Source: Planctomycetota bacterium (GTDB taxonomy: Bacteria > Planctomycetota > UBA8108 > SXIK01). From it: DNA of 64,000 nt. The DNA is taken from contig CBDCXR010000004.1 of the NCBI GenBank assembly GCA_965223845.1, positions 5,952,001 to 6,016,000 on the forward strand, read 5' to 3'. Both the position numbers and the translations under genes were made by a program. Below, one piece after another: positions 54,301-62,851 of this stretch. The notes under the pieces were generated by a model. That model worked only from the letters and a program-made list of their open reading frames with translations. It did not search any database and was not told the origin of the DNA. Each line of letters begins with the position of its first letter. The first letter of the stretch is position 1.

Positions 54301-56226
54301 GGTGTACTCGCCGACACTGTGACCGATCATCACCTCCGGCGTGAATCCCCAGCTTTCCCACAGCTCTGCGAGTGCGTATTCGATGACGAAGAGGGCCGGC
54401 TGCGTGACGCTCGTCTGCGTGAGAGTCTTCGCGGCGCTCTTTCGCTCGTCTTCGCTTCCCGTCGGGTAGAGCACGCTCCGGAGATCGAGATCGAGGATCG
54501 GCCGGAGTCCCTCACAGCCGCGATCGACTGCGTCGCGGAAGACGCGCTCCGACTCGTAGAGCGCGCGACACATATCCACGTGCTGCGCGCCTTGTCCCGG
54601 GAAGAGGTAGACGAGCGAACGATCGCCGTCGGGCGCGGTCTGCTTGACGCGGCGACTCTTCTCCCGCAGCGCCGCGTGCGCGTCGGCGGCGTCCGCCGCG
54701 ACTACGAATAGACGCTCGGAGAATTCTTCGCGGCCGACGGCGAGCGTGTACGCCGCGTCGGGAAGTTCGGGGGCGCCGTCGCGACCGAACGCCTCGGCGA
54801 GCTCTGCGGCACTTCGTTCGAGCGCCTCCGTCGTTTTCGCCGAGAGCGGAACGAGCTCGAGCCGCCGGGCCGAGAGCGCCGGACGCGGTGCCGGCGCTTC
54901 CTCGAGTACGACGTGGACATTGGTTCCCCCGACGCCGAACGAGCTCACTCCCGCGCGGCGAGGAACTCCCTCGGGCGGAGTCCAAGCGCGGTGCTTCTCG
55001 ACCGGATAGAACGGGCTCGACGCGAAGTCGATCTCGGGGTTCGGCGCGGTGTAGTGGAGCGTTGCGGGGATCTCTCCGTGCTGGAGTGCGAGCACGGTCT
55101 TGATGAGGCCCGCGACGCCGGCGGCCGCATCGAGGTGGCCGATGTTGCTCTTCACCGAGCCGAGCCCGCAGTACTGCTCTCGATCCGTTTTCGCACGGAA
55201 CGCCTTCGTGAGGCCCGCGACTTCGATGGGATCGCCGAGCGGAGTCGCCGTACCGTGGCCTTCGACGTAGGTGATCGTCTCGGGGTCGACGCCCGCGACG
55301 CTCTGCGCGAGGGCGATCACCTCCGCCTGACCATCGACCGACGGGGCCGGGTAGCTCACCTTGAGCGCGCCGTCGTTGTTCGTGCCCCAGCCGCGGATCA
55401 CCGCGAGGATGCGATCGCCGCTCGCGATCGCGTCTTCTAGCCGGCGGAGGACGACGACTCCGACGCCGCTCGAAAAGACGGTCCCGCACGCGTTCTCATC
55501 GAAGGGGCGACAGTGCCCGTCGGGCGAGAGCATGCCGCCTTCCTGAGAGATGTATCCCTTCTCCTGCGGAAAGGAGATGCAAACGCCTCCGGCGAGGCAG
55601 AGATCGCACTCGAAGTTGACGAGGCTGCTGCAGCCCATCGCGACCGCGACGAGCGACGTCGAGCACGCGGTCTGGACGTTGACCGACGGACCCTTCAGGT
55701 TGAACTTGAAGCTCGTCCGTGTCGGCAGGTAGTCCTTGTCGTTGCTGATGATGTTTTGGAACGCGTCGACCGACCGAAACCGCACCAGTCGTTCGATGTA
55801 CTCGCGATCCCGGCACAGGTTGTAGAGGAGGTACGAGTTGATGTAGCTCCCGGCGTACACGCCGATCGAGCCCCGGAACTTGCTCGGCGCGTGACCGGCG
55901 TTCTCGAGCGCGTGCCACGCGGTCTCGAGCCACACGCGCTGCTGGGGGTCGAGCACCGCGGCTTCCCGCGGGCTGAAGCCGAAGAATCCGGCGTCGAACT
56001 TGTCGACGTCCGCGAGGATCCCGCGCGCCCGTACGTAGCTCGGATCGTTCTGGATGCGTTCGAAGTCGAGCTCCACACCGCGGAGCTGGTCGTCGGAGAG
56101 ACGGTGGAGGCTCTCCCTGCCGGCAGCGAGGTTCTGCCAGAACTCGGCGATATTCCGAGCGTCTGGGAACCGCCCCGCCATGCCGACGATGGCGACCCCT
56201 TCGAGGTCTTGCGCGCCTGTCTGCAT
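48322..56226 (-). CDS. Hybrid PKS-NRPS: KS-AT-ACP-class III aminotransferase-C-A (Gly-like)-PCP
   Basis: KS 'TACSTS', 'EGHGT', 'NIGH'; AT 'GHSVG', 'HAFH' (malonyl-type); ACP 'GLDSL'; aminotransferase 'FDEVITGFR', 'TYGKVIGGG'; C 'HHIVFDGWS'; A core motifs; PCP 'GGHSL'. Confidence 0.95.
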   Translation of the reverse strand: MQTGAQDLEGVAIVGMAGRFPDARNIAEFWQNLAAGRESLHRLSDDQLRGVELDFERIQNDPSYVRARGILADVDKFDAGFFGFSPREAAVLDPQQRVWLETAWHALENAGHAPSKFRGSIGVYAGSYINSYLLYNLCRDREYIERLVRFRSVDAFQNIISNDKDYLPTRTSFKFNLKGPSVNVQTACSTSLVAVAMGCSSLVNFECDLCLAGGVCISFPQEKGYISQEGGMLSPDGHCRPFDENACGTVFSSGVGVVVLRRLEDAIASGDRILAVIRGWGTNNDGALKVSYPAPSVDGQAEVIALAQSVAGVDPETITYVEGHGTATPLGDPIEVAGLTKAFRAKTDREQYCGLGSVKSNIGHLDAAAGVAGLIKTVLALQHGEIPATLHYTAPNPEIDFASSPFYPVEKHRAWTPPEGVPRRAGVSSFGVGGTNVHVVLEEAPAPRPALSARRLELVPLSAKTTEALERSAAELAEAFGRDGAPELPDAAYTLAVGREEFSERLFVVAADAADAHAALREKSRRVKQTAPDGDRSLVYLFPGQGAQHVDMCRALYESERVFRDAVDRGCEGLRPILDLDLRSVLYPTGSEDERKSAAKTLTQTSVTQPALFVIEYALAELWESWGFTPEVMIGHSVGEYTAACLAGVFTFDDALRVLAERARLMQSMPAGHMRAVRLSEEDVAPYLGDGVALAAANAPQVSIVSGSPEAIQAFEKRLSADKLETIPLHTSHAFHSEMMEPVVAPFTAIVAGVERRAPSRPILSTLTGRWLTDSEATDPSYWAQQLRRPVRFSAALSEVAREEGRVFLEVGPSRTLSNSALQHSFDGRRPSVVSSCAHPKDAGDALASILDAVGRLWTNGVAVDWEKFYAEEGRRRVELPGYAFARERHWIDPPPLGDPTRATPSGVTAVSSSELTADAAVPPAAAPTEAEDPGSRKDRIASRIREIFYDLSGIEIGEDDRETTFLEMGLDSLFLTQASAELGQQLGERIKFRQLLEDVTSIEALAEYYDERLPADAFAAPAPVATTPAPAASSAPPAAAPPIAPSEGGDPVDRIAAQLQTIQSELAGLRAQSARSTGDLEPEDLRRPVAQAKLGARGDTESTKGRFGPYAPVARGADGGLTSRQQQHLDALVHRVSEKTAGSKAAAARYRPVQSDPRSVAGFRGAWKELVYQIVTERSKGSRLWDVDGNEYIDITMGFGVNYLGHSPDYVEAAIRAQLERGMEIGPQHELAGPVAERLARLTGMERVSFCNTGSEAVTAALRMARTVTGRDRIAYFAGDYHGVFDEVLGRSQVVRGNLQTLPAAPGIVQQAVNAAMILDYGAPESLEVLRAHAGELAAVLVEPIQSRHPENRPVEFLRAVRQLTEESGTAMIFDEVITGFRVHPGGAQALFGIRGDLATYGKVIGGGLPIGVVAGSAKYMDALDGGMWNYGDDSAPEADMTFFAGTFVRHPLALAAAGAVLEHLETEGPKLQEGVNARTTRFARELNLFFESRRVPIRIRQFSSWFRFDLPSDLPIGPILVYHLIERGIYIREIGQNCFFSTQHTSEEIARVQAAIEESVLEMQAGGFLPESELVVDVPVGSFPLTDGQREIWFASQMGDDASCAYNESFTLKLRGKLDVDALRDAIRQTVERHEGFSLRFSSDGPSQRLVLSETPEWEWTDLSGCSRSKKKEELRRIYDHEGRTPFDLEAGPLLRLHVVKLDATTHHLIGTSHHIVFDGWSAGVFVDEVSVLYSSSVENRPALLPDAGSFLRYAIEEEERRASEAGDEIIRFWKNEFASVPPPLDLPTDRIRPRVRTNGGSSIHHQFDQDVYESFKAFAGERGVTLFAALLATYGALLHRLTGQDDLVVGIPTAGQALAGEQNMIGHCVNLVPVRMKFPRGATFATLLDEVQSKVLDMYENQDVAFGRLLEEIAVKRDPSRLPLIEVIFNVDRDVPGSGFSGLSASIHENPKGAAHFDMFVNLNEGQGSLTVDLDFNTDLYDEATIRRWLSHFECLLESAVRTPETEVRRLPVLTADQRDHLETELNRTTAEFPDGCLQRVIAEQATKTPNATAVVFGESSWTYRELNAEANRLARYLRSIGVGAEDLIGVHLERGPDLVIALLAIHKAGGAYVPLDPDFPAARIEFMLEDSRASVVLSHSSIAADLPKGSARVVCLDLEANVIGDADASDLEPTTGPEHLAYVIYTSGSTGKPKGVQITHRSLVNFLASMAREPGLRPIDGLAAVTTISFDIAALELFLPLFVGAKCILVPSETAADGAELLRLIRTTGATVLQATPVTWRLLIEAGWTREVPLKVLCGGERLPEDLARQFGERSEEVWNMYGPTETTVWSSCHRVHPSDDRVLVGRPIANTELFVLDDARELLPVGAVGELYIGGTGLARGYLGRDELTSEKFVEHPFRDGDRLYRTGDLARVTSSGAIECLRRVDDQVKVRGFRIELGEVESALAAFGGVAEAVASVWEGESGDHRLVAYVRWEHDSLDLGELRAFVRARLPEYMVPQHFVELDEVPRTPNGKVDRRALPPPDGASIIVETYAPAAGEVESYLAQLWSETLRLERVSVRADFFDLGGHSLVAARMLAKAREEFHVDLQLRGFFVDPTIRGLAEYIEAQRYVGASAGGTADDGREDIEI

Positions 56227-57079
56227 AGATACTAGCTCGTGCCCGGCGTTTCGCGTCGAAGCGGCGGCCGCCGATACGACGAAAAAACGCTGATCTTCCG
56301 TTGACGACCCGCGAAGCGGGAAGGTGCTGTGACATCCCCGGGGGACGCGTCACCGCCGAGATGTAACGCACGATTCGGATTCGCCGAGCGCGCGCCCATC
56401 GTTACGGAAGTTCGGTTCCTGGTTAGGGTATGCCGCCAAAGTATAGCTGCCGCGCCGTCACGGGAGCAAACCGGCGCGCGCTGAGGTCGTTCGGTGATGC
56501 CGGAGCGTCCGAGAACGCGCTCAGATCGTCCGAAAAGCGGAGCTCTCGCCGGCGTACTCGGACGCTTCGCGCGGGAGCGAGGCGAGCCGACGGGCTCGCG
56601 AGCGTGGCACCAATCGCATGGGCCATGCGCCGGCGCAGACCACCAGAGTGCGGTCGATGCGTCGAAACATCGAACGTGCGCGCGCGACGAGACGGATATC
56701 GCCACCAACTGTCTTCGGCCCCTGCGTTGCGTTACCCCTGGTTCCTTCGTCCCGGCTCGCGCCGAAGCCACGTCGCGAACGAACACTCGAAACGAGGGCC
56801 CGCGATCGCCGCACCCGGCGAAGCCGTTCCGACGGCAAGAGCCCGGAGCGCTGCCGGCGTCGCATCCTGCAGCACAGTCGAACTGTCCTGCGGCTGCCGA
56901 ACCGAGTCCACCGACTGCCCGATCTGTCACGTCCCGTCACAGATCGGTGCCGGAAGAAACATCCACCGTCCGAACCCAAACTTCGCGAGGCATTGTACTG
57001 AGCGCCCCGGAGCGATGAAAGACGCCGGCGAACTCGCTCTCTACGATCGAGGGCGATTTTTTTGTTGCGAAGTCGCGTT

Positions 57080-58261
57080 CTACTGCCGCCGGTCGATGAA
57101 CGCCGGCAGCGCACTCGCCGCATCGGGATGGTACTCGCCGGCACGGAAACCGAGGAGCTCGAGCACCGTCGCGGCGACGCTGCTCAGGTAGACCGTCGGC
57201 GCGCGTTTCGCCTCACCGATGTCCGGCGTGTCGGGACCGATCACGGCGATCCAGATGTCTTCGGCGCCGTCGACGCGCTCGCCGTGATCGGTCCAGTCGG
57301 CGCCGGTCCGGCCGCGGCCGTGGTCGGTGGTGATGATGAGCGTCGTCTGATCCCGGTACGCGTCGAGGCTCTGAAGGAGCGTCCACAGGTCGCGCAGGGT
57401 GTCGTCGAAGATCTTCGCCGCCAAGAGCACCCGATCGTAGCGCCGCTGATGCGCCCAGTCGTCGGTCTCGCCGAGCGCGAGGTAGAGAAACCGCGGCTGG
57501 TACCGCCGGATGTACCCGAGCGCGAGGCCGGCCGTCACCGTGTCGTGCCGGACGGTGTCCCACGGCGTCATCATCGTGAACTGAATCTCGTTCAGCCGCG
57601 CCATCTCGGGATCGCAGTATGCGGGCTCCAATCGTTCGTAGCCGGCGTTCGAGAGGATCCCCTCCTCGCGCGAGGTCACGATGTAGTCGAAGACATCCCA
57701 CGAGGCGAAGGACGCGACCCCGTTCGCGCCGATGCGATCCGCGACGTAGTCGAGGATGGTCGGCACGCGGATCCGCACGCGGTCGTTGCTCGTGACGTCG
57801 GGCTGAGGTCGTCCGGTGAGAAGCTCGGCGTAGCCGGGAAAAGAGAAGCGGAGCGGGTTGCGGAGGAGCGCCTGGCTCCCGAGCTCTCGATTGCCGAACA
57901 CCGCGCCTTGGGGCGCGAGGAACGACCAGAAGAAGGGGAGGAGGGCGCGGCGCCGAGCATGCGGCGTCGAACGCCAGTAGCGCTCGCGAATCGCGGCTTC
58001 GCTCTCGATCCCCGACGCGTCCTTGTTCGCGAGAAGAAGCGGATCGACGCCACGAAAAAGCTCGTCTGCGCGGAGGCCGTCGACGGTGATGAGGATGACG
58101 TTCTTCGTCGCGAGAGCGGCGGGACGCGCCGCGGCGGGCTCCGCGCGCGCGGGATTGCTGCGAGCGCCGATGAGGACGAGCGCGAGTGAGACGAGGAGCA
58201 TGGCGCCGAGCCCGCGCCGAACTTCATTCGTCGCGAAGAGCGCCGTTCGTAGATGGGTCAT
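57080..58261 (-). CDS. Secreted alkaline phosphatase/phosphodiesterase superfamily protein
   Basis: Signal peptide; 'NVILITVDGLR', 'SFPGY.E.LTG', 'ETDDWAH', 'IITTDHGRG' metal-binding motifs. Confidence 0.85.
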   Translation of the reverse strand: MTHLRTALFATNEVRRGLGAMLLVSLALVLIGARSNPARAEPAAARPAALATKNVILITVDGLRADELFRGVDPLLLANKDASGIESEAAIRERYWRSTPHARRRALLPFFWSFLAPQGAVFGNRELGSQALLRNPLRFSFPGYAELLTGRPQPDVTSNDRVRIRVPTILDYVADRIGANGVASFASWDVFDYIVTSREEGILSNAGYERLEPAYCDPEMARLNEIQFTMMTPWDTVRHDTVTAGLALGYIRRYQPRFLYLALGETDDWAHQRRYDRVLLAAKIFDDTLRDLWTLLQSLDAYRDQTTLIITTDHGRGRTGADWTDHGERVDGAEDIWIAVIGPDTPDIGEAKRAPTVYLSSVAATVLELLGFRAGEYHPDAASALPAFIDRRQ

Positions 58262-58338
58262 GTTCGGTTTCGCGTTTTTCGCTACACGTGCAGCCCGTCG
58301 AGTTCCGATCGCCAACATTCCGTCGAGCTTCGGGTTGG

Positions 58339-59175
58339 TCAGCGGGCCCAGAGGAGTGGGTAGACCTTCTTTACGGAGCGGCGGTCGAGGACGACAACTG
58401 CTCTCGCCGTAAATACGCCGAGCGGATCACGCTTTCCGTCTCCCGCGCGTTTCTCTGCGACGCTCGGCGGCAGCTCGGAGAGATCCTCGAGCTCGTTCGC
58501 TCGCACCTCGATGTAGCTGCGGCTTCGCAGCTTCTTCCGCTCGATCTCGAGACGATGGAGCACGGGCGCTCCTTTCTCGAGGGTGACGCGATGGTCGGTG
58601 CGATCGAACTTGACGAGAAGGCCTCCACCCGCCTTCACGGCGGTCCCGTCACACCACTTGTGTCCGGGGAGCTTCGTATGCTTCGACTTCGGGTTTCGCA
58701 CGCTGTGATCGTCGATAAAACCCGTGAGGACGACGTGCGCGTTTTGGATTTGCGCGTCCTTCCGTCCGCGCCCTTGTCCTCGTCGATCGGGCACGTCGCG
58801 CACGATCGGACGGCCGAAGATCATGACGCGCGACGAATCCTCGATCTTCTCGACGGGGATGCGAACGTCCGCCGTGAGCTCGGTCTCGTCCGTGACTCGG
58901 AGGTAGGCCTTCACCTTCTTCCGCCTGCCCTTCTTGTCCTTGACGTGGTGGGTGAACTCGAAGAAATCGGTTCCCTTGACCGCTTTGCCGAGCTGTCCCC
59001 ACGTGTCGAGGTCGAACTTCCGCGTGGGAATCTCGTCGCGGTCGGCGCGCCGACCGCGTCGCTTTCGTCGCTCGGTGTCTTGCCCGATCGAGTCGACCGC
59101 TACCACGGCCACGAGTACCATGGCGAGTGCGATCACGCGCCGTGCGTTCCGCTGGGTGAGCGCTCTATCGAACAT
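58339..59175 (-). CDS. Hypothetical secreted basic protein
   Basis: Signal peptide from ATG 59175 (GGAG RBS upstream); Lys/Arg-rich beta-strand body. Confidence 0.65.
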   Translation of the reverse strand: MFDRALTQRNARRVIALAMVLVAVVAVDSIGQDTERRKRRGRRADRDEIPTRKFDLDTWGQLGKAVKGTDFFEFTHHVKDKKGRRKKVKAYLRVTDETELTADVRIPVEKIEDSSRVMIFGRPIVRDVPDRRGQGRGRKDAQIQNAHVVLTGFIDDHSVRNPKSKHTKLPGHKWCDGTAVKAGGGLLVKFDRTDHRVTLEKGAPVLHRLEIERKKLRSRSYIEVRANELEDLSELPPSVAEKRAGDGKRDPLGVFTARAVVVLDRRSVKKVYPLLWAR

Positions 59176-59303
59176 GTCATCGGTCTCCTGCCGTCGCGAT
59201 CGGTGGACGCCGGAGGCGTCGAGCGATGCCCCCCTCGAGTCGAGCTCGAGACACGGTTCGGGGATGGCGGACCATCTTACCCCGAAGAGTCGACGACCCT
59301 CCC

Positions 59304-60170
59304 ATGAATGCCCCGCGCGAACTCGACTCCGCCCTTGCACGCGCGGCGAAACTTCTGCGGGCGGCCTCCTCGCTCGTCGTCGGTGCGGGTGCCGGAATGG
59401 GCGTCGACTCGGGGCTCCCGGATTTTCGCGGGACCGCCGGCTTCTGGCGAGCCTACCCACCCCTCGCGCGGCTCGGGCTCCGCTTCGAGGAATCCGCGAA
59501 TCCCGCGCTGTTCGAGCGGGATGTCCGGCTCGGATGGGGGTTCTACGGCCACCGTCTTCTCCTCTACCGCCGGATCGAGCCCCACGCGGGATTCCGCGCG
59601 ATCCTCGATTGTGCGGGCGCGCTCGACCTTCCTTGGTTCGTCGTGACGTCCAATGTCGACGGTCACTTCGTTCGCGCGGGCTTCGCGCCGGAGAGAGTGT
59701 GCGAAGTACACGGGTCGATCCATCACGCGCAGTGTTTTCGTCCCTGTGGCCGCCGTATCTGGACGAACGAAGCATCGCTCGCGGTCGACGAGGACACGCT
59801 TCGACTGACGGGCGAGATCCCGACTTGCCCCGACTGCGGTGGAATCGCGCGGCCGAACATCCTCATGTTCGGAGACGCTGGGTGGCTCGCCGACCGCACC
59901 GATGAGCAGGCAGAGCGCTACCGCCGCTTCCTCGAGGGGGAGGCTGGGCCACGTCCCCTCTTCCTCGAGATCGGTGCCGGAACTGCCGTGCCGACCATCC
60001 GGTGCGAAGCGCAGCGGATCGCGCGCCTCGGCGGAACGGTGGTTCGCCTCAATCTGCGCGAAGCGGAGATCGCGGCGCCCCACCTCGCCGTCGAGTGCGG
60101 CGCGGAGGCAGCCTTGCTCGCGCTCGGGAGTCTGATTGCGCCCCAAGCGCGCGATCACTCGTCCTCGTAG
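59304..60170 (+). CDS. Sir2/sirtuin family NAD-dependent deacylase
   Basis: 'GAGAGMGVDSGLPDFRG', 'TSNVDGHF', 'EVHGS', Zn cysteines CFRPC/CPDC, 'RPNILMFGD'. Confidence 0.92.
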   Translation: MNAPRELDSALARAAKLLRAASSLVVGAGAGMGVDSGLPDFRGTAGFWRAYPPLARLGLRFEESANPALFERDVRLGWGFYGHRLLLYRRIEPHAGFRAILDCAGALDLPWFVVTSNVDGHFVRAGFAPERVCEVHGSIHHAQCFRPCGRRIWTNEASLAVDEDTLRLTGEIPTCPDCGGIARPNILMFGDAGWLADRTDEQAERYRRFLEGEAGPRPLFLEIGAGTAVPTIRCEAQRIARLGGTVVRLNLREAEIAAPHLAVECGAEAALLALGSLIAPQARDHSSS

Positions 60171-60751
60171 AGCTCCCCGAGCCGAAGCAGCTTCGAGCTC
60201 AGCTTGAGTTTCGCCCGCCGCGTCGCAGCGAGATGGATACGGAAGCGGACCTTCTGCGCCGACTTGAAGAGCTCGATCATCCCGCCGCGCTTACAGAAGA
60301 GCTCCTGGTCGGAAACGGTGAGCACGGAAGCGTCGATCGCCGCGCGCACGACCTCGGTCACCGCGGGGCGAAACGCTCCACCGACGTAGACGACGTGGCA
60401 CGACTCGATCTCGTCGGTCGTCTTCAAGCGGACGACCTCGATGGACCGGCCGCGCGCCTTCTTGCCACCGGTCGCCTGCTCGAGCGCCGCGAACACCGCC
60501 GGGTCGTCGAGCACGCCGATCACGATCGGCTTGCCTTCGCGGGGACGGCGCTCCTCGGGCCACTCCACGTACTTCACGAAACGGTAGACGAACGCCGCTT
60601 TGACCCGCTGCTCGAGCTTGATCTTCGGCTTGCGCTCGGTCTGCGCGAACGCGACCGCACCCAAGCCCAAGCCCACGAGGCTCGTGAGCAGCAGGAGCGT
60701 CCGCGAGAGCGGCGGTCGGTCGACTCTGGCTAGTGTGAATGGCGGACGCAT
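60155..60751 (-). CDS. YfiR family (DUF4154) periplasmic protein
   Basis: 'VKAAFVYRFVKYVEWP', 'CHVVYV', 'VLTVSD...F..RGGMI', 'LKLSSKLLRL'. Confidence 0.9.
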   Translation of the reverse strand: MRPPFTLARVDRPPLSRTLLLLTSLVGLGLGAVAFAQTERKPKIKLEQRVKAAFVYRFVKYVEWPEERRPREGKPIVIGVLDDPAVFAALEQATGGKKARGRSIEVVRLKTTDEIESCHVVYVGGAFRPAVTEVVRAAIDASVLTVSDQELFCKRGGMIELFKSAQKVRFRIHLAATRRAKLKLSSKLLRLGELYEDE

Positions 60752-60757
60752 CGTGCC

Positions 60758-62851
60758 TCAGAACGCCCAACTGGCCTGCGCGTACACCGCCCGCTCGACT
60801 TCGCTACGGACGCCGAACAGATCACCGTTCCACTCCGGGTGACGATCGTCGAGGAGATTCTGGCCTACGACACTGAGCTCGAAGTTTTCGAGCGGCCGCC
60901 ACGCGAGACGGACGTCGAGGCGAAAGTAGCTCGGTACGTTCCGGTCGGTGATCTGATCGACGTAGTAGAGGCTGACGTCGAAATCGACCTCGCCGGGAAG
61001 GGTGAGTTCGGATCGAATCGACGCCGTGTGACGGGGATAAAGACGCTCGGGTTCTTGGACGCCCCCGCTGATCCCAGACTTCTTCTGGAGCCGCGCCCGG
61101 CTCCAGCCGGCGGTGCCGACGACGCGCCAACGATCGGTAGCGCGCCACTGGGCGACGGCTTCGACTCCGAACATGTCGCCGCGGAAGGCATTGTCGAAGT
61201 GCGACCCGAGTTGAACTCGCGGCGGCGTCCCGCCCGGAAGCGCGACGGGTGCTTCTCCCCGCGTGGCGATGAAGTCGTCGTAGGCGTGAACGTACGCCGT
61301 GAGATCGACGACGAGATCCTCGAGGAGCTCTGAACGCCAGCCGGCTTCGACGGCGAGCAGATCTTCTGCATCGATGCTCCCCGGCGTCGGATTCACGATG
61401 ATCTCGTTCAGCCCGAGCGGAGGACCGGGCACCGCTGCGATCCGGAGGAAGCTGAGATCATCGTTGACTCGCGAGGGGGTGCGCACCGCGCGGGAGACCG
61501 AGAGCCAGAGCGCCTGCGAGTCGACCGGCTTCCAAAGAAGGCGCGCGCTCGGCTGCACCTCGAGTCCGGTGAAGTCGTTGTACTCGAGCTTCGACCCGAG
61601 TGTGAGCGCTAGGTGCTCGCGCACGAGGGAGATCTCGTCCTGCGCGAACGCACTCAGAATGTCATACGTCTCGCTCGGAGATTTCAGGGTGAAGTTCAGC
61701 GAGCCCGGCACGCGGTCGTGTTGGAGGCGGTATCCCGCACCCGCGACAATGTCGTGCCGGTCGAGACCGGTCCAGCGGTGCTGAAGCGTCACGTCGAACG
61801 TATCGAGAACCGCGTTCGAGATCGGACCTTCGCGGTCGGTGCGGTAGTAGTAGGACTGAACGGTGAGTTCGGATGTTTCCGAAAGCCGGCGCGACCAGCG
61901 CGCGAGGAGATTGCCGATCCTCTGGGGGTCCTCCGTGTCGATCACGCGACCGAACGGCGCCGTGAGCAGCGGCTGAAACTCGCGCGACTGCACTCGGGCG
62001 TAGCCGAGATCGCCTTGAACGGTGACCAGATCCTCGGTCGTCGGCTCCCAGTCGAGGCGAAACCCGAGATGGCCGGCGTACCAGCCGTCGTGCGCGCGAT
62101 CGTCGTTCGCGTCGACGAAGTCGTCGTGGATGAAATAGCGACCGAAGACGCGGACGAACGCGTTCTCGGCGAGGCGATGGCCGTAGCGCCCGCTGAAGTC
62201 GCCCATGCGTTCCGACCCACCGCCGGCCTGGACGAACACCCCCTGCGTATCGCGCGCGTGCCGCGTGATCACGTTGATGACGCCGTTGACGGCGTTCGCG
62301 CCCCAGAGCGTGCCGCCCGGACCACGCACGACCTCGACGCGCTCGACGTCCTCGAGAAGAACGTCTTGAAGGTCCCAGATCACGCCGGAAAAGATCGGCG
62401 TGTAGACCGCCCGGCCGTCGATGAGAACGAGGAGCTGCGTCGCGAAGCGCGAATTGAACCCACGCGCGGCAATCGCCCATTTATTCGCGTCGAGGTGGGC
62501 GACGTGCATGCCCGGGACGAGACGGAGAAGCTCGGGGAGCGAGCGAAGTCCCGACCGGCGGATGTCCTCGCGCGTGATGACGAACACCGCCGCCGGGGTA
62601 TCGGATACGCGCTGAGAGCGTCCCGCCACGATCCCGACTTCGACTTCCATGAGGTCGTCTAGATCGAGGTCGAACACGTCCTCGCCGTCGACGAGCCCCG
62701 CGTCGACCTCGCCCGAGACGGTGAGGTCACCCGAGGCGGAGATCGACTGAGCGCTGTCGTCAGCCAAGGATGACACCGCCGATGCGATGACGACACCGGC
62801 GATGGCGCACCAAGTTCGCGCGCGCGCGAATCGTTCATTCAACCGACGCAT
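60758..62851 (-). CDS. TonB-dependent outer-membrane receptor
   Basis: '[17 protein letters not shown]', 'LLVLIDGR', '[28 protein letters not shown]', C-terminal aromatic residue (WAF). Confidence 0.93.
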   Translation of the reverse strand: MRRLNERFARARTWCAIAGVVIASAVSSLADDSAQSISASGDLTVSGEVDAGLVDGEDVFDLDLDDLMEVEVGIVAGRSQRVSDTPAAVFVITREDIRRSGLRSLPELLRLVPGMHVAHLDANKWAIAARGFNSRFATQLLVLIDGRAVYTPIFSGVIWDLQDVLLEDVERVEVVRGPGGTLWGANAVNGVINVITRHARDTQGVFVQAGGGSERMGDFSGRYGHRLAENAFVRVFGRYFIHDDFVDANDDRAHDGWYAGHLGFRLDWEPTTEDLVTVQGDLGYARVQSREFQPLLTAPFGRVIDTEDPQRIGNLLARWSRRLSETSELTVQSYYYRTDREGPISNAVLDTFDVTLQHRWTGLDRHDIVAGAGYRLQHDRVPGSLNFTLKSPSETYDILSAFAQDEISLVREHLALTLGSKLEYNDFTGLEVQPSARLLWKPVDSQALWLSVSRAVRTPSRVNDDLSFLRIAAVPGPPLGLNEIIVNPTPGSIDAEDLLAVEAGWRSELLEDLVVDLTAYVHAYDDFIATRGEAPVALPGGTPPRVQLGSHFDNAFRGDMFGVEAVAQWRATDRWRVVGTAGWSRARLQKKSGISGGVQEPERLYPRHTASIRSELTLPGEVDFDVSLYYVDQITDRNVPSYFRLDVRLAWRPLENFELSVVGQNLLDDRHPEWNGDLFGVRSEVERAVYAQASWAF

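Noticed and set aside
52378-54711. Long antisense or alternate-frame ORFs (e.g. 52378..54711+, 26631..28808+, 2069..3694+)
   Set aside because: They are shadow ORFs typical of high-GC DNA, overlap well-supported genes, are Arg/Ala-rich and show no motifs.
56605-56618. Sigma-54 promoter (TGGCAC...GC)
   Set aside because: GG-to-GC spacing is 8 rather than 10 nt, and it points away from the PKS gene.
56232-57191. ORFs in the spacer upstream of the PKS-NRPS
   Set aside because: They are mutually overlapping and low-complexity, with no recognisable domain; treated as non-coding.
59304-60170. Sir2-domain anti-phage system (Thoeris/DSR)
   Set aside because: It is a stand-alone Zn-binding sirtuin with no TIR, SLOG, HerA or pAgo partner.
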